Below, piece by piece: positions 59,020-64,000 of a stretch of DNA of 64,000 bases. Position numbers and translations under genes: made by a program. Source of the DNA: Escherichia virus TH54. Position 1 is the first letter of the stretch, and each line of letters opens with the position of its first letter. The notes under the pieces are model-generated. The model saw only the letters and a list, made by a program, of their open reading frames with translations, was not told the origin of the DNA and made no database searches. The stretch is taken from sequence record MT446420.1. One strand, 5' to 3'.

Positions 59020-61254
59020 TTATTCCTTATTGGCCGCTTCCACGGCCTTCATGATTTGAGCAACGTTCTGTACTTGTTCAGTTGACATGGCGTTACGGTT
59101 ATATAAAAAGTGTGAAACAATCGGGTGATTCTTTTCAAATTCAAAAACCATTTTATCGCTTGTTACCGAAGCGTTTTTGGTCAGGTCGTCATAAATCTTA
59201 TTACAAAGGACCAGAGTTTCCTGCATGGTCTTATCAACTGTTCCACTGTTATATGCATTATAAGCAAAGAACTTATTGAACTGCATTAGTTCAGCATAGT
59301 CAGTGTTCACATCTTTCTGAACATCTTTTGCATAAAAATACTTGAACATAAAATTCAATTCTGCATATTCAGACAGGATAGGAATATAATAACGCGAACG
59401 GCTTGAAGCGGCAATGTACTGGTCCGCATCAACTGAATCAATCAATTCCACATAACGATTGACTGCAGCTTCAATCAGACAATCACACTGCGCCAGCTTG
59501 GTAACCTTTTTCTGAAGCTGCGGGCGAATAACACAGAATTCATTGATTTCCAACAGGTTTGCCAGTTTGCACAATGTCTGGGTCCCGAAGTTCGTGACGC
59601 CATAATCCTGATTCAACGGGGAAATGCTGCTGCGGTTAATGAATACAGCATAACCATCGATTTCCTCTGCATCAGCTGCACACGTAAATTCTTCAACAGC
59701 CTGCCAGCGACCATTGGTTTTAGTCCAACGAATCACCGATGGAGTCTTTGACTTAACACGCTCTTTCGGGTCCGCAACCGGAATCCAGTCTTTTACAAGG
59801 GCGGTCAGTTCAGACGTACGATAGATATTAACTGTATCGCCTTTAAATCGTTCTTGAAGTTGAACCATCAGACGTGTTTGAATTTCGCTGGTTGGGTCAA
59901 CGAACAATAGACTACTACCTTGTACAGTCGGAACTTTACCAGATGCTTTGAGCTTTTTGGCTTTCGCGCTGGTGTCATACAGCATTGAACTGATACCACG
60001 AATCATCGCAATTCGCCCTTTAGCATCGTCAATAACAATATTCAAGGTATCATTATGAATACCAAACATGCTTGTCAGGCTTGCAGTATTCGTGTTCGAG
60101 CTTGAGTTACGCAGACGTTTCAGACGGGTAGTGCTATAGATATCATAGACAACCCCGGCATTAATAAGGTCTTTGTCCAGCTCGAACATTTCGTACATCT
60201 GGTTAAAAGTCAATTGTGATTTTGTAAATTTCGTTTCAGCATTACGAGCTTTCAGAAAATTACGAGCTTCATAACTCAGACTCTGCAATTCGCGATACGT
60301 ATGGCGGATACATTCTGATTCCTGCCATTTCTTACAATCATCTTCCATGACCTTCTTATCAAGCGATTCAATACGTTCAACGATATTTGCGACCGTACGT
60401 TTGTCCAGTGATAATGCTTCGCGAGAAGGTGCAATATCCAACGAACCCATCGGGAACTTAATAAAGACAACATCATTTTTGGCAGTCATCCAGGTTTTCT
60501 TTGTATAACCGTCACCAATCGGATAAACAATACCGCCGTAAATTGCATAAAGTCCATAACGTTCTGGGCTGCTATAATCAATACGCGCTGGAGCATAATA
60601 ATCATCAAATTCTGGGAAGTAATTAATTTCGCCTACGCCTTGCACTTCAGCCAGTCCAGCAAATGGACGCATGATATACGCAATCTCGTAGCGGAACTTA
60701 CCAAAATCATTACTATCAACCGGGACAACAACTTCAATCCCTGTGCGGTCACCAGGTTTCATTGGTTCGCTAAAGGTTGGCTTAATCTGTGGACCATCGC
60801 CATCCATATAAGCGACATAACCGTTAACTTGACCATCATGATATGAAATCAGGCTAAACGTCTCGGTATAACTGAACGGAGATTTAGAACCCAGGCCAAA
60901 GCCACCAATAAAATCGTTGGATTCAGCCTTGGATGATGCAAAGAAACTGTTATACAGACCTGGAGTATTTTCATCACCACGAATCTGGAAATCACTCATA
61001 CCCGGACCAAAGTCACGACATACAAAACGTGGGTCCAGTTCACCAGGAGCTTGCACAATGAATTTATCCTGACAACCATTGAGCATATGAGCATCAATCA
61101 TATTGGTAATCAGCTCACGAACAACCGCGCGCACCTTGTTTGTATAAAGGTCGCTGGTCAGAATCTTAAACACCTTTGGAGATGCCTGGATTGTGAATGC
61201 TGATGCCTTGGCACCATTACCAAGGATTGTTTCCTTTTCAGTTTCTAAAATCAT
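59020..61254 (-). CDS. rIIA: rIIA protector-from-exclusion protein (GHKL-like ATPase)
   Basis: 744 aa (T4 rIIA 725 aa); conserved order rIIB-rIIA. Confidence 0.92.
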   Translation of the reverse strand: MILETEKETILGNGAKASAFTIQASPKVFKILTSDLYTNKVRAVVRELITNMIDAHMLNGCQDKFIVQAPGELDPRFVCRDFGPGMSDFQIRGDENTPGLYNSFFASSKAESNDFIGGFGLGSKSPFSYTETFSLISYHDGQVNGYVAYMDGDGPQIKPTFSEPMKPGDRTGIEVVVPVDSNDFGKFRYEIAYIMRPFAGLAEVQGVGEINYFPEFDDYYAPARIDYSSPERYGLYAIYGGIVYPIGDGYTKKTWMTAKNDVVFIKFPMGSLDIAPSREALSLDKRTVANIVERIESLDKKVMEDDCKKWQESECIRHTYRELQSLSYEARNFLKARNAETKFTKSQLTFNQMYEMFELDKDLINAGVVYDIYSTTRLKRLRNSSSNTNTASLTSMFGIHNDTLNIVIDDAKGRIAMIRGISSMLYDTSAKAKKLKASGKVPTVQGSSLLFVDPTSEIQTRLMVQLQERFKGDTVNIYRTSELTALVKDWIPVADPKERVKSKTPSVIRWTKTNGRWQAVEEFTCAADAEEIDGYAVFINRSSISPLNQDYGVTNFGTQTLCKLANLLEINEFCVIRPQLQKKVTKLAQCDCLIEAAVNRYVELIDSVDADQYIAASSRSRYYIPILSEYAELNFMFKYFYAKDVQKDVNTDYAELMQFNKFFAYNAYNSGTVDKTMQETLVLCNKIYDDLTKNASVTSDKMVFEFEKNHPIVSHFLYNRNAMSTEQVQNVAQIMKAVEAANKE

Positions 61255-61261
61255 GTTTTTC

Positions 61262-61444
61262 TCACTTTATGTTACGTTTGATTAATTCTGCAACTTCAAG
61301 AAGTTCATCCTTTGTTGCGGCGTCTGAAGCTATTTTAATACGGATTTCTTTGAAGCGTTCTTTAAACTCTTCAGCTTCTCTTATATCAAAAAATCGTTGG
61401 ATAACACGGTACTCTTTATGGATAGCCTTATCAAACAGTTCCAT
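61262..61444 (-). CDS. hypothetical protein (rIIA.1 position)
   Basis: Track ORF 61262-61471; internal ATG 61444 avoids overlap with the upstream gene. Confidence 0.5.
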   Translation of the reverse strand: MELFDKAIHKEYRVIQRFFDIREAEEFKERFKEIRIKIASDAATKDELLEVAELIKRNIK

Positions 61445-61445
61445 A

Positions 61446-61730
61446 TTAACTTTGAAGTTCGTCATTTCCAATCTCCTGTAATATTTTTCTCATACTACGC
61501 ATGGTAGCTTTATGTTCTTGGTCATGGTATATCAATGCAAGGAGTGCTTCAATTCGCTCCTCAGGGACCTTCTGGCCAGCCTTAATGCTCATGGCTGTTG
61601 TTCTTACAGCTAACAAGTAACTTCGCTTCCTGTCGTTATCTGGGAGCCCCTGCACCTTCCTTAGACCTGCTTCCATAATACACCGTGCAACATTTTGCAG
61701 ATTAACTAAACTTCCGTCAGACATAATCAT
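61446..61730 (-). CDS. hypothetical protein
   Basis: 94 aa; GAGGTGAAAAT SD and TGTACA-N17-TAAGAT promoter upstream. Confidence 0.55.
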   Translation of the reverse strand: MIMSDGSLVNLQNVARCIMEAGLRKVQGLPDNDRKRSYLLAVRTTAMSIKAGQKVPEERIEALLALIYHDQEHKATMRSMRKILQEIGNDELQS

Positions 61731-61781
61731 ATTTTCACCTCAAAGACATCTTAACACAATTTTTGTGGCTTGTACATAATA

Positions 61782-61808
61782 AAAAGGTCTCCCGAAGGAG
61801 ACCAAATT
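61782..61808 (-). terminator. hairpin terminator (GGTCTCC-CGAA-GGAGACC)
   Basis: Perfect 7-bp stem with CGAA loop followed by a T-run on the minus strand. Confidence 0.65.
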
Positions 61809-61961
61809 TTATTCTACTTTATAGACTTGACCATACGCCATGAAAGTTTCACCTTCCCAGGTTTCGCACGTGATTGTTACAAATTCTGCAAACAAAGGTT
61901 TTTTCTCTGCCCAGAGAAAACCATATTCACCGGTAGCGAGTGTAATCCAGTATTTAGTCAT
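61809..61961 (-). CDS. hypothetical small protein
   Basis: Track ORF 61809-61997; ATG 61961 with GGAGACAAT SD gives 50 aa. Confidence 0.45.
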   Translation of the reverse strand: MTKYWITLATGEYGFLWAEKKPLFAEFVTITCETWEGETFMAYGQVYKVE

Positions 61962-62001
61962 ATTGTCTCCTAGTAGCGGGAGAATATTCTCCCACATCTA
62001 T

Positions 62002-63834
62002 TTATAGCGTCGCATTCATCCAATCTTTACGCTGTTGGGAATCTTTACCGAATAGCATTTCGAACAGTTCTTTCCAGTTGTCGGGCAATTGAACAACTTC
62101 GAATACCGGCTCGAGCAATACGCGTTTGTACTCGGAATCTTCCAGAGAGCCAAGCCCCTTGATATATCGGATGGTGTGCTTCGGAAGTTTATCCTTAGCT
62201 TCTTCATAATCAGGAAGAGAATAGAACCATTCTTGTTTATCTTTGAGCTGCGCAATAATAACAGGAGTTTTCACAAAGCGAATTCGTCCTTCATGGAACA
62301 GCTCTGGCCAGTTACTGAAAAACGCCAATAACGATGGATAGATACTACCGACACCATCCACATCCGCATCTGTCATGATAGCAATGTTTCGGTAATTCAT
62401 ATTCTCGGCCGGTTGTCCAATCGTTAATCCAGTAATTGCACACACATCAAAGGCTTCAGCGTTCTTCATAACGTCAATAGCTTTCAGGCCCCATGTGTTT
62501 TTAAACTTGCCCCGTAATGGATAAGCACCCTGCAATTCACGGTCGCGAACCTTGATAAATGGGCCAGTTGCAGAATCCCCTTCGGTCAGGAATAGAGTCG
62601 TTTCCAACTTATCATTGCCCCATTCGTTGGCCTTGATATGCTTTTGTACCTTGGCCTTTGAAGCTTTCTTATTTGCCTTAGTCTCTGCTGCTTTCTCTGC
62701 AGCCAATTTACGGGCTAATGCAGCTTCAACAATCGGCATAATCAGCGGTTCATTTTTCAGAATAGCTTGCGCGATTTTCTTAGCATCAATCTTAATGTGA
62801 TTTCGGATTTCACCAGCCGGAGAAGTCAATCGCTCCTTGGTTTGGGAATCAAATCGCATGTTGCTCATATCGCGGATGAACATAAGCATGGTGAGACATT
62901 CTTTAACTCGTGCCTTGGTCACCTCAATGCCTTTATATTTGCGCTTAATCGCCGGCTGAAGGTGTTCACAGATATCATCCATAACACATTCAACGTGGTG
63001 TCCGCCATTCTTTGTATGAATGTTGTTGACATAAGTCAACTGACGGAAACCGTCTGGGCTGGTCGTAAAGGCCATCGATACTGTATCAGTTTCCTGGATA
63101 ACAACTTCGGTTCCGAATTGCTTGGAGAACTTCTTGAAGTTGCCATCAACCTTTTTACCATTAAAGGTGAACTGAATATCCGGATAAACAACAGCAAGAG
63201 TCTGCAGACGGTCCAATGTAATATCCAGATAAATCTGGGACAGACTATTTTCTTCAAAGTGACTAAAATCTGGAATAAATATAACAGTCGTACCTTTACC
63301 CTTTGATTTCTTAGTCGACCAACATTTGTTTTCCATACCGTTGGAGCAGTTAACAGTAATTTCGTTCGCCCCATCAGCGGTAATCCCGGTGAACAATACG
63401 GAGAAAATATTGGTCAGAGAAGACCCGACGCCATTCATCCCGCCAGTTTTACGTTCAGCATCATCGCCGAAGTTGCCACCTGCTTTTGGAATAGTCCATG
63501 CTGCAACAGGGCCAGGGATTTGTTCACCGTTTTGGTCTGTAACCATTGCCTGTGGAATACCACGGCCATTATCAGAAACCGAAATCTGATTATCTTTAAT
63601 TTGGACATCAATTTTATTGGCAAATTTAAAACTGGTGCGAATTGCTTCATCAACAGAGTTATCAATAATTTCATCAATCAGTTTTACAATACCAGGAACA
63701 TAGCTTACGGACTTATATTCACCAAACAAGAATCGCTCATGCGCTTCATTTGAACTGGAACCAATATACATCCCGGAACGTTTTTTGATATGCTCGACGT
63801 CCGAGAGTACTTTAATTTCATTATTAATCATCAT
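62002..63834 (-). CDS. 39: DNA topoisomerase II large subunit (GyrB-like; single gene covering T4 39 + 60)
   Basis: 610 aa continuous ORF with GHKL ATPase N-terminus and TOPRIM region; T4 splits this into gene 39 (516 aa) plus gene 60. Confidence 0.9.
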   Translation of the reverse strand: MMINNEIKVLSDVEHIKKRSGMYIGSSSNEAHERFLFGEYKSVSYVPGIVKLIDEIIDNSVDEAIRTSFKFANKIDVQIKDNQISVSDNGRGIPQAMVTDQNGEQIPGPVAAWTIPKAGGNFGDDAERKTGGMNGVGSSLTNIFSVLFTGITADGANEITVNCSNGMENKCWSTKKSKGKGTTVIFIPDFSHFEENSLSQIYLDITLDRLQTLAVVYPDIQFTFNGKKVDGNFKKFSKQFGTEVVIQETDTVSMAFTTSPDGFRQLTYVNNIHTKNGGHHVECVMDDICEHLQPAIKRKYKGIEVTKARVKECLTMLMFIRDMSNMRFDSQTKERLTSPAGEIRNHIKIDAKKIAQAILKNEPLIMPIVEAALARKLAAEKAAETKANKKASKAKVQKHIKANEWGNDKLETTLFLTEGDSATGPFIKVRDRELQGAYPLRGKFKNTWGLKAIDVMKNAEAFDVCAITGLTIGQPAENMNYRNIAIMTDADVDGVGSIYPSLLAFFSNWPELFHEGRIRFVKTPVIIAQLKDKQEWFYSLPDYEEAKDKLPKHTIRYIKGLGSLEDSEYKRVLLEPVFEVVQLPDNWKELFEMLFGKDSQQRKDWMNATL

Positions 63835-63879
63835 CTTTCCTCTTGTGTATGGAGGTATTATAAGTCACATATTTTAAAG

Positions 63880-63899
63880 CAAAAAGGCCCGAAGGCCTT
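63880..63899 (-). terminator. hairpin terminator (AGGCC-TTCG-GGCCT) with U-run
   Basis: Stem-loop immediately after the stop of the partial upstream gene, followed by TTTTT on the minus strand. Confidence 0.5.
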
Positions 63900-64000
63900 A
63901 TTCAAATCGGATGGTTGAATTCTTGAACAACAATCCAGAACAAACAGTTCCTTCAACTTTCTTACCAGTTGGACCCACTGCTGTAAAACCAGTATGCTGG
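63898..64000 (-). CDS. 3' end of a minus-strand gene that begins beyond the window end
   Basis: Open frame ...GFTAVGPTGKKVEGTVCSGLLFKNSTIRFE then stop at 63898-63900, followed by a terminator; partial. Confidence 0.35.
   Translation of the reverse strand, partial: QHTGFTAVGPTGKKVEGTVCSGLLFKNSTIRFE

Noticed and set aside
62767-63306. 179-aa plus-strand ORF from the track
   Set aside because: Antisense to topoisomerase gene 39

Overview
This window is a contiguous segment of a T4-like (Tevenvirinae-type) myovirus genome, colinear with phage T4 from uvsW through to the topoisomerase II large-subunit gene 39. All protein assignments rest on reading the supplied translations against remembered T4 proteins and on gene order; no database search was run. 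Content in order: uvsW and uvsW.1 (+); uvsY, baseplate genes 25 and 26 (-); baseplate hub and tube genes 51, 27, 28, 29, 48, 54 (+); then a long minus-strand block with alt, DNA ligase 30, a hypervariable early cluster, rIII, 31, cd, pseT, a spanin pair, alc, rnlA, denA, nrdB, nrdA, td, frd, 32, 59, 33, dsbA, rnh; the long tail fibre module 34-35-36-37-38 and holin t (+); then asiA, arn, motA, 52, ac/stp/ndd, denB, rIIB, rIIA and 39 (-). No rRNA, tRNA, CRISPR array, integrase or IS element was seen. Intergenic regions carry TATAAATA late promoters, sigma70-like early promoters embedded in inverted repeats (PeSL-like cassettes), and many GC-hairpin terminators with CGAA/GAAG-type loops. Points that differ from T4 as I recall it: td and nrdB are uninterrupted (no group I introns) and gene 39 is a single 610-codon gene (no separate gene 60); an HNH-AP2 homing-endonuclease-like gene sits just downstream of rIIB; gp37 is longer with an expanded His-box repeat; and several small-gene islands contain paralogues and unassigned ORFs. 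I did not identify a single convincing new multi-gene system; the best candidates for undescribed functions are the small early-gene islands (30.x, arn-motA, ndd-denB, frd-32). Coordinates of small ORFs not in the supplied track were derived by hand and may be off by a few nucleotides.
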